Below are positions 8,563 to 18,032 of a stretch of DNA of 64,000 nt, piece after piece (position 1 is the first letter of the stretch; each line of letters opens with the position of its first letter). Source of the stretch: Syntrophomonadaceae bacterium (GTDB lineage Bacteria > Bacillota > PH28-bin88); assembly GCA_018333865.1 (NCBI GenBank), contig JAGXSE010000009.1, forward strand, positions 75,460 through 139,459. The letters are read 5' to 3'. The notes below the pieces were generated by a model that worked only from the letters and a program-made list of their open reading frames with translations, did no database searches and had not been told where the DNA came from. The position numbers were made by a program, and so were the translations under genes.

Positions 8563-9893
8563 TTAACGGGTAGTCCTCATCCACATTTTGCCACATATGT
8601 GCTTGGTTACAGTATTACTGGGTCGTAGGACAGATAATTTAGAAGACCTGTCTCGCCTGCTACCACCTGCCTCACGGTTAGTTGATAAATTCCCTCATGA
8701 TCTATCCTTCGTCGGCCTCTTGAGCTTCGTTGGGGCGTCCGATAAAGCTTTTGGACGAAGGACGTGAACGGGTCGCAGAGGCAGGTGTGGATCAGCCTTT
8801 TAATTGTCAGTAAGGACCCCTTGTAGCCCACTTTCAGTTTTATCAGCATCAGCAGGCAGTAGGTGATGAGCGCTATGAATATCTGGTTTTCCACCGCTTG
8901 CTCGCTTGTCCCATAAAAGTGTTTTACGCGAAGGTGCTGTTTAATCCATTTGAAGAAGAGTTCGATTTGCCAGCGGTAGCGGTAGATGGTGCTTATTTCT
9001 TCGGCTGTTAGCTTAAAGTCGTTGGTGATGATGATTACCGGATTGCCTTGGGTATCCTCGGTTTCCGCCAGCCGTAAAGAGTATTTCATTTTGTTGACGC
9101 CTTCTTTACCCAGGTAAACGATTTGGTGTTTCTTAATGGGGCCATCGGGATCTACTGGAAGCTCTGCAACGACTTCAATTATCGCATTACCCTTTAAACG
9201 GGTAATAAATCTGATGCCTTTTTCGCAGTACTTATCAAACTTATTGTAGTCCACGTATCCCCGGTCAAAGACGTTTAAAGCATCTTCTTCCTCAACCACT
9301 AGGGTATCCATCTGGGTTTTGTCAGCAGGCTTGGTAGGGGTAATTACAACTTCATCAGGAAAAACCCCTTGCTCAAAAAATCTAAGCCCCAGATGTATCT
9401 TGATACCGCCTTTGGTCTTTCTAAATTTAGCCCAAAGGAACTGGGAAAGACACAGGCTAATGGTCGTGGAATCAATTAGGCGAAGACGTCCTAATTCTTG
9501 GCTAACGGTATCAAACCCAATTTCTTTTCCGGCTTGAGTTTTTACGTCATTAAACAGCAACTGGAGAACTTCTGTTGGCAGTTCCCTTAGTTTGCGGGAA
9601 ATCTGGGAAGCGCTGATGGATTTAAGAGCAATTGCTTCGCTAATCTTATCGTCACTGAGACTATAGCTGATGTCCCGTAAACCGCGTAGCTGTTCGATTT
9701 GAGCATTGGCTACAAGTTCAATGAGTTGTATGGTGTATAATTTTTTAGCGTATCTATCAACCCCCATTTCTTCTACTTGCTGCCGAAATTTTTCACTGGA
9801 AACTGGCCCAAAGAATTGATGAAATGTGGATATTGTGGTATCCTTGCCTTGCATAATTATCTCCCTTATTTTAGAGATTTGAGCAAGGACTAC
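8563..9893 (-). mobile_element. Complete IS4-family insertion sequence with ~11-14 bp terminal inverted repeats (…AGGACTACCC / GGGTAGTCCT…)
   Basis: Inverted repeats at 8567-8580 and 9877-9892 flank the transposase ORF. Confidence 0.5.
8607..9854 (-). CDS. IS4-family DDE transposase
   Basis: 415 aa with …TIYRYRWQIELFFKWIKQHL…, a signature of IS4/IS1634-group transposases. Confidence 0.85.
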   Translation of the reverse strand: MQGKDTTISTFHQFFGPVSSEKFRQQVEEMGVDRYAKKLYTIQLIELVANAQIEQLRGLRDISYSLSDDKISEAIALKSISASQISRKLRELPTEVLQLLFNDVKTQAGKEIGFDTVSQELGRLRLIDSTTISLCLSQFLWAKFRKTKGGIKIHLGLRFFEQGVFPDEVVITPTKPADKTQMDTLVVEEEDALNVFDRGYVDYNKFDKYCEKGIRFITRLKGNAIIEVVAELPVDPDGPIKKHQIVYLGKEGVNKMKYSLRLAETEDTQGNPVIIITNDFKLTAEEISTIYRYRWQIELFFKWIKQHLRVKHFYGTSEQAVENQIFIALITYCLLMLIKLKVGYKGSLLTIKRLIHTCLCDPFTSFVQKLYRTPQRSSRGRRRIDHEGIYQLTVRQVVAGETGLLNYLSYDPVIL

Positions 9894-9959
9894 CCTCTAT
9901 CTCTATTATAAGGGATTTTTCTTGCAAAAGCACGGTCTTTCCACTATTTTCATGGGATT

Positions 9960-10619
9960 TTGACGGTTGACAAATTGGTTTTTTGTTATTGCAACGTTAG
10001 TGTCGATGAATACACAAAAGAAAGCATCATCGACAAAGAGACCGGCGAGATTCTGAAAAACACGAAAATATTGCGCAGTGTGGATTTGGAAAAGGCGGAG
10101 AAAGACGCGATGTATGACGGCTATTTTTGCATCATTACCAGCGAACTTGACTATGATGAGCGAAAAATTCGCCAGGTGTACGGCGGCCTATGGCGGATCG
10201 AGCAGTCGTTTAGGATTATGAAGTCAGACCTTTATGCCAGACCTGTGTTTGTCAATAAAAATGAGCATATCCGTGCACATTTCCTGATTTGCTTTGCTAG
10301 CCTCCTTATCATCCGAATCATTCAGCATCGTATGGGAGAAAAGGCGTTGTCAGCTGAGCGGATCGCAAGAGCGCTTAATGCCGCAACATGTCAGGTTTTG
10401 AAAGGCGGCATCATTCATCTCGATATTGTCGGTGGCGCGATTGCATTCCAAAAGGTACTACACAAAAAAGGCGAGATTGTGGACACGCTGGCATATTCGG
10501 ATAAAGACGAAATTGCACTAGACTACAAGGTAATACAGGATATGTTCAGCACGGATTTCAACAATATTTATTCAAGGCAGGAGGTGTTCAACAAATTCCC
10601 AAAGAAGATATCTCTGTAG
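9960..10619 (+). pseudogene. IS1634/IS4-group transposase, C-terminal fragment (N-terminus missing)
   Basis: 219 aa with …YGGLWRIEQSFRIMKSDLYARPVFVNKNEHIRAHFLICF…, the conserved C-terminal block of IS1634-type transposases. There is no catalytic N-terminal part. It lies 67 bp from the IS4-family element. Confidence 0.6.
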
Positions 10620-10656
10620 CATAACAAAATTCAAATACGATCCTTGAATGAATGCG

Positions 10657-10722
10657 AGGGTTCCCGGAAAGAGAAAGGGTCCTAATCTCCAACCTAATTC
10701 AGCATGGTGTCCTTTTAATTCT
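10657..10722. repeat. ~66-bp repeat copy A (AGGGTTCCCGGAAAGAGAAAGGGTCCTAATCTCCAACCTAATTCAGCATGGTGTCCTTTTAATTC)
   Basis: Near-identical direct copy at 13772-13837. A partial copy lies at 14847-14870. Confidence 0.8.
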
Positions 10723-10762
10723 CCTCAACTTTAATTCCGCTTTTTCCCTGCCAAATCGTGTC

Positions 10763-11326
10763 TCATTTCTTGGTTCCATTATAAAGTGCCGGAGTAAGTG
10801 CGTGAATACAAGATTCAGAGATTTTGGCAAGCTGCTCCCATGACAAACTAAGTGTTGTTCGTTCGGGCTCCGGTGTTCTGCTACGCGTGTTCTGATCGAA
10901 AAATAGAAACACGTCCTCATTTATGTCTACTTTTCCATGACTGAGCGCATTGCGAAGTAATTTGAGGACATCTTTCCAATAATAGAGATTGCGGTTACCT
11001 TGGATCTGTTCGGGCGAGGGGAATTTCACGCCGTAGCGTTCAGTTACCTTGGGGAACTCTTCGAGTAGCTCATGCTCCAAGCCCGCCAGTTTAGCGGACT
11101 CCCAAAGCCACACGAGACATACGTAGGCAAATTGCAGAAAGGTACCTTGATGTAATAATGAGGGCATGACTTTAAATCCGTTGGCACTCGCCTCATAAGT
11201 GACCAACGCATTAATCTCTTTGCCTTTATCTTGCTGGAGAGCGGCCAGCAGGCGGACATTGAATAGGGACAGCTTCGCAATGTGGTAGCGCTCACGCGCT
11301 AAGTCAATATTGGAAATCATCACCAT
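10763..11326 (-). CDS. Hypothetical protein with a HEPN-like Rx4HG motif (LRNALSHG)
   Basis: 187 aa. The HEPN call rests only on the single motif. Confidence 0.4.
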   Translation of the reverse strand: MVMISNIDLARERYHIAKLSLFNVRLLAALQQDKGKEINALVTYEASANGFKVMPSLLHQGTFLQFAYVCLVWLWESAKLAGLEHELLEEFPKVTERYGVKFPSPEQIQGNRNLYYWKDVLKLLRNALSHGKVDINEDVFLFFDQNTRSRTPEPERTTLSLSWEQLAKISESCIHALTPALYNGTKK

Positions 11327-11480
11327 TCCTCCTTGTTTGTCTACTGCTTAGTGACAGCTGCTCAACGCTGACCGTTACATGCTGTTGTTGGGCCGTCACT
11401 ATCTTCTTAATACTGACCAGTTCCCAGCCGAACGATGACGGAGAGTATCCCAAGACCGGCTTCTTTCGGTTCACGGTTTT

Positions 11481-12515
11481 CTACATCGATTCGAATGTTG
11501 TCATTGCTACCCGTGTGCGTGAACACACCCAACGTTTTATCAAGTTCTCCGTTTCGCCGCCAACGCGCCGGACCACTGCCTGCAGGGCAGTCTGGAGGAT
11601 ACGCTCTGAGCGAGCGCCTAGGTTAGCACCAACGCGACATACTTCGCCTAAGCGTAGCCCCGTCCAGCACTGAACGAACTCGGCTAGACCAATGCATGTC
11701 AAGACACTTTCAACAGATGCTTCCGTTAATCCACCAAGGATTGTTGCTCTGCTCAACTGGCGATGTCGTCGGCAGTGGCATGGAAACCCATGCATCGACA
11801 GCACGTGACAGTCTGGGCAGCGGTCTGGGTCGAACCACCCGCAACCTTCGAGGTAGTGTAAGGAGTTACGCGAGCCTGCATTTTCGCTCAGGATAGCGGG
11901 AACAAGCTCCTTTGCGGAAAGGGATTTCCGGCCGCCCAATACTAGGGTGAGCACCCGTGCACTCACAATGATGAACTCCCCTGGAGGCGAGAGTAGGCAG
12001 TAGGCCCCCAGCATGCCTGAGCAGTTCCGGAAATGAACCTTGTTAAACCCTTTGAAGACACCAGAAACACCGGTAAACTCAGGAAAGCTCGTCAACATTG
12101 CAAGCTGCCCAAGATCGACTTCATACCTGGCTGCATCCCGTCCCGTGCTCCTGCCTTGTCGCTTGGCTTGAATTAGACACGCCCTCTGAAACACGGGCTG
12201 CCCATCGTGGACATACGTACCCAGCACAAAGAGGTCGGCGAGCTCCCGCTGATATTCGGTCTTACCGACTTGAAACTTTACCTGTGATTTGGAACCGTGC
12301 AGGAAAGCTGCCTCCACCTCTAACTTCAAGAACATCCCTTTGTTAAGCTTCACTTCGACTGATTGCATGTTGTGTATGGCTTGCACAATCGCCTGCACGC
12401 ACCCCACTTCGCCCTGCTGGGTGCCATATGCGTCTTCCAGCCCGCAACGAATTTGTGTAATGAGATCCCACTGCCAGTCTTGAACAACGGACGCTTGTAA
12501 GAATTTGTCAAGCAT
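11481..12515 (-). CDS. Hypothetical protein of 344 aa with no recognisable domain, GC-rich
   Basis: Long ORF with composition distinct from the AT-rich neighbours. It is co-directional with the MNT/HEPN pair upstream and the HEPN-like gene downstream. Confidence 0.5.
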   Translation of the reverse strand: MLDKFLQASVVQDWQWDLITQIRCGLEDAYGTQQGEVGCVQAIVQAIHNMQSVEVKLNKGMFLKLEVEAAFLHGSKSQVKFQVGKTEYQRELADLFVLGTYVHDGQPVFQRACLIQAKRQGRSTGRDAARYEVDLGQLAMLTSFPEFTGVSGVFKGFNKVHFRNCSGMLGAYCLLSPPGEFIIVSARVLTLVLGGRKSLSAKELVPAILSENAGSRNSLHYLEGCGWFDPDRCPDCHVLSMHGFPCHCRRHRQLSRATILGGLTEASVESVLTCIGLAEFVQCWTGLRLGEVCRVGANLGARSERILQTALQAVVRRVGGETENLIKRWVCSRTRVAMTTFESM

Positions 12516-12581
12516 TGCCAGAGTGACCTCCTGGGTATTTCATTCCAACTTGCGAAGATATTCCGGATTTAAGGGACTGTT

Positions 12582-12955
12582 TCATTTGTTCATCAAAGAC
12601 CTGATAGCCTTCAAAAAACTCTCCGCAGCAAGGATAGCCCGCTCCGTTTGTGGCTTGGATACGTGTGCCGTGCCCCCATAATCCCCAACATTTCGTATTT
12701 CAAAAAGCCAGTTTAAATCCTTGCCATGTTCCTTGTTTAATTTCCCCGTCTTAACGAATCTTTGATGGATCGAAGCAATGACTCCGCTATGCTTGCTGAA
12801 ATCCAAACCCTCGTTCAGCAAAACGGCTATGGCTGCATAATACGCACGCGATGCCGCAAAATCGTGGTAACCTTTAACAGCCAAGTCTTTAGCCACTTGG
12901 ATAGACTGCCCGGCTCGTTCCAGGTTGGCGGCAATTTCCTGCTCTAGTTCCGGCG

Positions 12956-12959
<4 letters not shown>
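12582..12959 (-). CDS. HEPN-domain protein, putative toxin partner of the MNT gene
   Basis: 125 aa. It overlaps the upstream nucleotidyltransferase gene by 4 nt. The motif region is EIRNVGDYGGTAH. Confidence 0.55.
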
Positions 12960-13273
<314 letters not shown>

Positions 13274-13309
13274 TCGAACACCACCCCCGCTATAGTTATT
13301 CTACAGGAA

Positions 13310-13843
13310 TTGGAGATTATTTGTAAAGTGAGTAGTTTGGGAATTTTTTCTTGGGTGGGGGGGGCGATTTGGGAGGAATATGGGGGACACCATACTAAAT
13401 TATTGCTTACGCATGACAATAGTCATATAATATCAGAGGCACTGGCAGCTGCTATAGGGGAAGCTCACCGCCGCTATACGCTGGAAGTAAACTTCCTTGA
13501 AGGTTGGAGCGGGCACCTTTGGCAGGGGCGCTTTTCCACTTATCCCATGGATGAATACCATCTTTATGCCTGTGCCCGTTATGTGGAACTTAATCCTGTA
13601 CGGGCGGGATTGGTTAGCAAAGCATGGCAATACCGTTGGAGCAGCGCTGCTGCTCATGTGGAGGGCCGGGACGATATCTTGTTGAAGGCCGGGCCGCTAT
13701 TGGAGATGATTGGCGACTGGCGAGAATATCTCTCCAAAGAGAGTTCGGATAAGGAAATTGCAGCCTTTGAAAGGGTTCCCGGAAAGAGAAAGGATCCTAA
13801 TCTCCAACCTAATTCAGCATGGTATCCCTTTAATTCCCTTTAA
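13310..13843 (+). pseudogene. RayT/IS200-like (Y1, COG1943) transposase remnant: N-terminus missing and HuH motif degenerate
   Basis: …GHLWQGRFSTYPMDEYHLYACARYVELNPVRAGLVSKAWQYRWSS… parallels the E. coli RayT block IWQPRFWEH…YIYINPVKHGWV…WPFSTF. The 3' end of the ORF runs into repeat copy B. Confidence 0.45.
13772..13837. repeat. ~66-bp repeat copy B, a direct repeat of 10657-10722
   Basis: 63/66 identical to copy A, followed by a terminator-like hairpin GGCCTCGCAAAGCCCGCGAGGCC-TTTATTTT at 13903-13940. Confidence 0.8.
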
Positions 13844-13946
13844 TTCAATAAAATAACGGCGGGAGACTTGACAGCCCCGCCATTCAATAACCGTCCTTAA
13901 ATATATCCAAAAGGCCTCGCAAAGCCCGCGAGGCCTTTATTTTCAA

Positions 13947-13995
13947 TGGAGCCCATAACCGAGATTGAACCGGTGACCTCCGCATTACCAAGGCG
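13947..13995 (-). other. Orphan 3' half (49 nt) of tRNA-Thr, an att-like direct repeat of 16119-16167
   Basis: TGGAGCCCATAACCGAGATTGAACCGGTGACCTCCGCATTACCAAGGCG has 47/49 identity to the 3' portion of the intact tRNA-Thr 2.1 kb away in the same orientation. Confidence 0.6.
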
Positions 13996-14041
13996 AAAAA
14001 TTCCATGTTTATCTGGAGTAAAGAAAAAGTGACCTGCGCCA

Positions 14042-14281
14042 CTATAGATACTTGTCAATGTATTCCTTCATCTCCAGTACAGTATTGAATTTTAATGACG
14101 AAGCTATAATTTTGGCGGTACCTGTGGCTACAGGGTCTTTGTCTTTGTGATAGTCAAACTTACATGTACGCCAAATACCGTCTCTGCCTATTCCTAAATA
14201 TATAGTTGAACCCTTTTCAGGTTTCATATTGAAATGTGAAAGAAGTTTACGTATATCTCCCTGGCAGAATCGTACAGGCAT
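14042..14281 (-). CDS. hicA: HicA-like mRNA interferase toxin
   Basis: 79 aa, …KGSTIYLGIGRDG…HKDKDPVATGTAKIIASSL…. It lies 2 nt downstream of the HicB-like gene. Confidence 0.45.
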   Translation of the reverse strand: MPVRFCQGDIRKLLSHFNMKPEKGSTIYLGIGRDGIWRTCKFDYHKDKDPVATGTAKIIASSLKFNTVLEMKEYIDKYL

Positions 14282-14283
14282 TT

Positions 14284-14763
14284 TTATAAACCCAACACTT
14301 TCTTTATAGCATCCCTATCCCCATGACATCTAAGAAGTTTAAGCAAAAATAATTGCTTTTGCTCAGACTCAACTTTTGAAAACATATCTAGTTTCTCAAC
14401 ATAAATAACAAGAAATTCCAGAACGCTATCAAGCAGATTATTAATAGCAGCTTCTAATGTAGTGCCGTCACCATAAAGGTCAATTTCCGGAAGAGATACA
14501 GTATGAATTCCAATTTCTTCATCAAACTCTATTTCAGGTGTAAAAATTAAATTGGAAAAAAGCCTGTCGAGGTAAGATGTTTTAATATGTGATACCATTT
14601 CGTTCTCATTATTTGCATTGAATGTTATTACTTCGATTCCTTTTAGTGCGATATTGTTAAGTTCAGAATAGTACTTCTTTGTATCTCGAATATTGAACTT
14701 TGGTATTGTTAATGACATTTTATTGACACCCTTTCTAGGTTCCATCATAATCCTCACTTTCAA
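14284..14763 (-). CDS. hicB: HicB-like antitoxin
   Basis: IGIHTVSLPEIDLYGDGTTLEAAINNLLDSVLEF fits the HicB N-domain pattern. Confidence 0.45.
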   Translation of the reverse strand: MKVRIMMEPRKGVNKMSLTIPKFNIRDTKKYYSELNNIALKGIEVITFNANNENEMVSHIKTSYLDRLFSNLIFTPEIEFDEEIGIHTVSLPEIDLYGDGTTLEAAINNLLDSVLEFLVIYVEKLDMFSKVESEQKQLFLLKLLRCHGDRDAIKKVLGL

Positions 14764-14846
14764 GTTTAATATAAATAGTTATCGTGGTCAAGGTGGTCAC
14801 CGTGGTCACGGTAATTTATTGTATTATATGTTAAAGAGCATAAAAT

Positions 14847-14870
14847 AATTCATGGTGTCCCTTTAATTCC
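14847..14870. repeat. Partial copy C of the ~66-bp repeat (AATTCATGGTGTCCCTTTAATTCC)
   Basis: Matches the 3' 24 nt of copies A and B. It sits at the 3' end of the Fic gene. Confidence 0.5.
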
Positions 14871-15921
14871 CCCTGATTTTCCGCCACTTGGCGTTTCTGC
14901 CCATCTCAATTGGTTCTATTAATTTTTGGTCTTTCAACTCCTTTAAGACACGGTAGATGGTGGGTCTGCTGATATCCGGGCAGATGTTTTCTAGATCCGA
15001 AATGGTAAATTGCTGAACAAAGCGGCGGATAGCCTCCTCGATCCGCTTGCTTTTGCTCCCCTTGTAGGAAGTAATGTTGCCTACCCTCTCCTCAAATTGC
15101 CGGTAGGCCGCCAAAAGAACTCCCAGGAAATATTCCAGCCAGGGCAACAAATCATGCTTGCCTTCACGCCAATTGATCGAGGACCTGTAGAGAGTCTCAT
15201 AATAAGATTCTTTTGTCTTTTCGATTAGCTTTTCCAGGCTTATGAACCTGCCTACTTCATAGCCCAATTTATACAGCACTAAAAGGGTTAAAAGCCTAAC
15301 CATGCGTCCGTTGCCGTCGCTGAAAGGATGTATGCAGAGAAAGTCAAGCACAAATGCTGCCGCAACAATTAAGGGATCGTTTTTCCCTTCTTCTATTTCA
15401 CGGGTCAGGGCATGGCAAAGCTCATCCATTACCCTTGGGGTATCAAAAGCAGAAACTGGCATAAACCTGATGAATCGTGTGCCATCTGGCCTGACTTCCA
15501 CTATCTCGCTATCGGAACTCTTCCAGCTGCCCCCCTTAAAACTGCTGAACGTGTAAAGGTCCCGGTGAAACTGCCTGATGACAGAAGGATTAACAGGGAT
15601 ATGCTCATAGGAAGCATAAATTGTCGCCAAGACATCCCTGTAGCCGGCAATTTCCCCTTCAGACCTGTCCCGGGGTGTGGCTGTCTCATCCATCAACTGC
15701 CTGAGCCTGGACGAGCTAATTGTTATTCCTTCAATACTGTTTGAAGCTTCTGTGCTTTGAATAACTGCCACTTGTCTCAATGCATCCAAGACTTGCGGTG
15801 ACTGCTGCCTGTACAGGTCCTGCTTTCCTTTGAACTGGTTAATCTGCCCGATAGTTGATACAACAGACATGGGGACAAGTAAACGTTCAAGATTAATAAA
15901 CGACTTCAATGTGATCAACAA
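14863..15921 (-). CDS. Fic/DOC family protein with a C-terminal wHTH
   Basis: HPFSDGNGRMVRLL matches the Fic motif HPFx[DE]GNGR. Confidence 0.8.
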   Translation of the reverse strand: MLITLKSFINLERLLVPMSVVSTIGQINQFKGKQDLYRQQSPQVLDALRQVAVIQSTEASNSIEGITISSSRLRQLMDETATPRDRSEGEIAGYRDVLATIYASYEHIPVNPSVIRQFHRDLYTFSSFKGGSWKSSDSEIVEVRPDGTRFIRFMPVSAFDTPRVMDELCHALTREIEEGKNDPLIVAAAFVLDFLCIHPFSDGNGRMVRLLTLLVLYKLGYEVGRFISLEKLIEKTKESYYETLYRSSINWREGKHDLLPWLEYFLGVLLAAYRQFEERVGNITSYKGSKSKRIEEAIRRFVQQFTISDLENICPDISRPTIYRVLKELKDQKLIEPIEMGRNAKWRKIRGN

Positions 15922-16118
15922 CCTTCTTTAATATTATCAAATATGCTCTTCGTGATAATATTTATAGCCAAATTATAATCTTTTTAAGCTATTAAGGCAA
16001 TAAAATAACGCCAATTGATCATGTTTTTCTCATCACGGCGTTCCTGGCTAGTAATATAGCTAGATAGGTTAAAAATAAAAAAACCGGATAGTTAATCCGA
16101 TTTTTGCTTTCATAAGGA

Positions 16119-16194
16119 TGGAGCCCATAACCGGGATTGAACCGGTGACCTCCGCCTTACCAAGGCGACGCTCTACCTACTGAGCTATATGGGC
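16119..16194 (-). tRNA. tRNA-Thr (anticodon GGU)
   Basis: Reverse complement GCCCATATAGCTCAGTAGGTAGAGCGTCGCCTTGGTAAGGCGGAGGTCACCGGTTCAATCCCGGTTATGGGCTCCA. Confidence 0.8.
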
Positions 16195-16195
16195 A

Positions 16196-16271
16196 TGGTT
16201 GCGGGGGATGGATTTGAACCAACGACCTTCGGGTTATGAGCCCGACGAGCTGCCAACTGCTCCACCCCGCA
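16196..16271 (-). tRNA. Initiator-type tRNA-Met (anticodon CAU, GGG/CCC anticodon stem)
   Basis: Reverse complement TGCGGGGTGGAGCAGTTGGCAGCTCGTCGGGCTCATAACCCGAAGGTCGTTGGTTCAAATCCATCCCCCGCAACCA is near-identical to bacterial tRNA-fMet. Confidence 0.8.
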
Positions 16272-16370
16272 TCAGAATGCATGACGCAGAATTATTGTCG
16301 AATTCGCGGAGCGAATTCCTTCAATACTTCCTGCCTCTTGCTTCTTGCCTCTAGCCTCTTGCCTCTTGAA

Positions 16371-16455
16371 TGGTGGAGAGGGCTGGATTTGAACCAGCGA
16401 AGGCTGAGCCAACAGATTTACAGTCTGCCCCCTTTGGCCGCTCGGGAACCTCTCC
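16371..16455 (-). tRNA. tRNA-Tyr (anticodon GUA) with a long variable arm
   Basis: Reverse complement GGAGAGGTTCCCGAGCGGCCAAAGGGGGCAGACTGTAAATCTGTTGGCTCAGCCTTCGCTGGTTCAAATCCAGCCCTCTCCACCA. Confidence 0.85.
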
Positions 16456-16605
16456 ACTAGGTCAGCTTAACTGACGAAGATAATTATAGCACCGGCCAGG
16501 TTTGGCGTCAAGAATAATCCACCGAAAACACCACCCATTTATTGGGAACTCAATTGGCAAGTCAAATGCACTCCGGATAACGGTTTAGGGTGCGAAAAAT
16601 TTCAG

Positions 16606-16640
16606 CCGGCGATACGCCGGCTTTGGTGGCTTAGGTCAAT
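16606..16640 (-). terminator. Rho-independent terminator downstream of sigH
   Basis: On the minus strand: AGCCGGCGUAUCGCCGGCU followed by GAAAUUUUUCG. Confidence 0.5.
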
Positions 16641-16644
16641 TTGA

Positions 16645-17289
16645 TTAATTGCCTCTTCTCTCCAGATATCGCTCCAACTTTCGCTTCACCCTTTGCAGGG
16701 CATTATCGATGGATTTGACATGGCGCTTAAGATCAATGGCTATTTCATGATAGGATTTGCCTTCCAGGTAAGACATTAACACCTGCCACTCCAAAGAACT
16801 GAGGATTTCTCCCATCTTCTCCTCGATGTCATCAAACTCTTCCCGGCTGATGATCAGCTCTTCCGGGTCAGTCACTTTGGAACCGGAGATAACATCCAGC
16901 AATGTACGGTCCGAATCTTCATCATAAATAGGCTTATTCAATGAAACATAGGAATTCAGGGGAATATGTTTCTGCCTGGTGGCGGTCTTAATAGCTGTGA
17001 TAATTTGCCTGGTAATGCACAGCTCGGCAAAAGCCCTGAAGGAAGAAAGCTTATCTCCCCGGAAGTCTCTGATTGCCTTATAAAGGCCAATCATACCCTC
17101 TTGAATAATATCCTCCCGGTCTGCCCCGATTAAAAAATAAGACCTGGCCTTCGCCCGTACAAAATTTTTATATTTATTAATTAAAAATTCCTGCGCAATA
17201 TCGTCGCCGTCTTGGGCCAGTTCGACGATGTCCTCATCAATCATCACTTCGAAGGCAACGCAGGTTTCTCGTTGGGCAGTAATGCTCAT
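16645..17289 (-). CDS. sigH: RNA polymerase sigma factor SigH
   Basis: 214 aa with sigma-70 regions 2 and 4. It holds the conserved position after yacP and rlmB. Confidence 0.85.
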   Translation of the reverse strand: MSITAQRETCVAFEVMIDEDIVELAQDGDDIAQEFLINKYKNFVRAKARSYFLIGADREDIIQEGMIGLYKAIRDFRGDKLSSFRAFAELCITRQIITAIKTATRQKHIPLNSYVSLNKPIYDEDSDRTLLDVISGSKVTDPEELIISREEFDDIEEKMGEILSSLEWQVLMSYLEGKSYHEIAIDLKRHVKSIDNALQRVKRKLERYLERRGN

Positions 17290-17447
17290 CGAATCGCCTC
17301 CATAATAAGAGATTAATTTGATGCAACTAAATATTTTGACGTGCGCAACTCAAGCGCCGATATAATTCTATGGAGGCAAGCAACGGCTTAGACCGTTGTC
17401 CAGTTCAATAATTAGATTATACAGGAAACCTTGTCCGTAGGCAAGGA

Positions 17448-18032
17448 CTACTTGCCCCGCCGCCACATTTCCAGCACCCTTTGCACGGTCTCAGGCAGGC
17501 GTCCGTCCAAAGCCAAGCGGCCAGGCACTTCCTCCTTTAAGTGTTCTTTTCTTAACTGGTGCATGGATTCATTTACCTTCTGAAAAAGCTCCCGCGCAGA
17601 CAACCTGATTGCTCCTTTTCCCAAGACCAGCTGTTGTTCAATCCAGTCTGAGGTGGCAACAGCTACCAACTGATTTGGGGGCCATAGACTGACCAGGCGC
17701 TCAATCACCAGATCGGCAGTTTCTCCTTCCCTGGAGAAGACTATTTCTATTCCGCCGACAGAACTTCTGCTGCCACTGGAGCCTTTGACATAACGGCCAT
17801 CGAAAACTACAATTACGTGGATGCCGGTATAAGCCTTATAGTTAGCCAGATATTCCACCAGCTTGTCCCTGGCATGCTCAAGGCTCTGGGATTTAAGCAG
17901 TGCCAGCTCAGGCCACCCGCTCAGCACATTATAGCCGTCCACAATCAGGCAGTCTTCCAAAGAGCACTCACCTCTTTGGCAGGCGCTGGCGCACCGCTTC
18001 AAACAGCAGGATTGAGGCAGAAACGGCGGCAT
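17448..18032 (-). CDS. yacP: NYN-domain ribonuclease YacP/Rae1
   Basis: …DCLIVDGYNVLSGW… matches the NYN domain. Gene order is conserved. Confidence 0.7.
   Translation of the reverse strand: MPPFLPQSCCLKRCASACQRGECSLEDCLIVDGYNVLSGWPELALLKSQSLEHARDKLVEYLANYKAYTGIHVIVVFDGRYVKGSSGSRSSVGGIEIVFSREGETADLVIERLVSLWPPNQLVAVATSDWIEQQLVLGKGAIRLSARELFQKVNESMHQLRKEHLKEEVPGRLALDGRLPETVQRVLEMWRRGK

Noticed and set aside
10652-10843. 63-aa ORF overlapping repeat copy A
   Set aside because: It is encoded by the dispersed repeat itself and has no coding signature.
12098-12483. Plus-strand ORFs inside the 344-aa hypothetical gene
   Set aside because: They are short and antisense. The long minus-strand frame is the more parsimonious gene, though neither has homology support.
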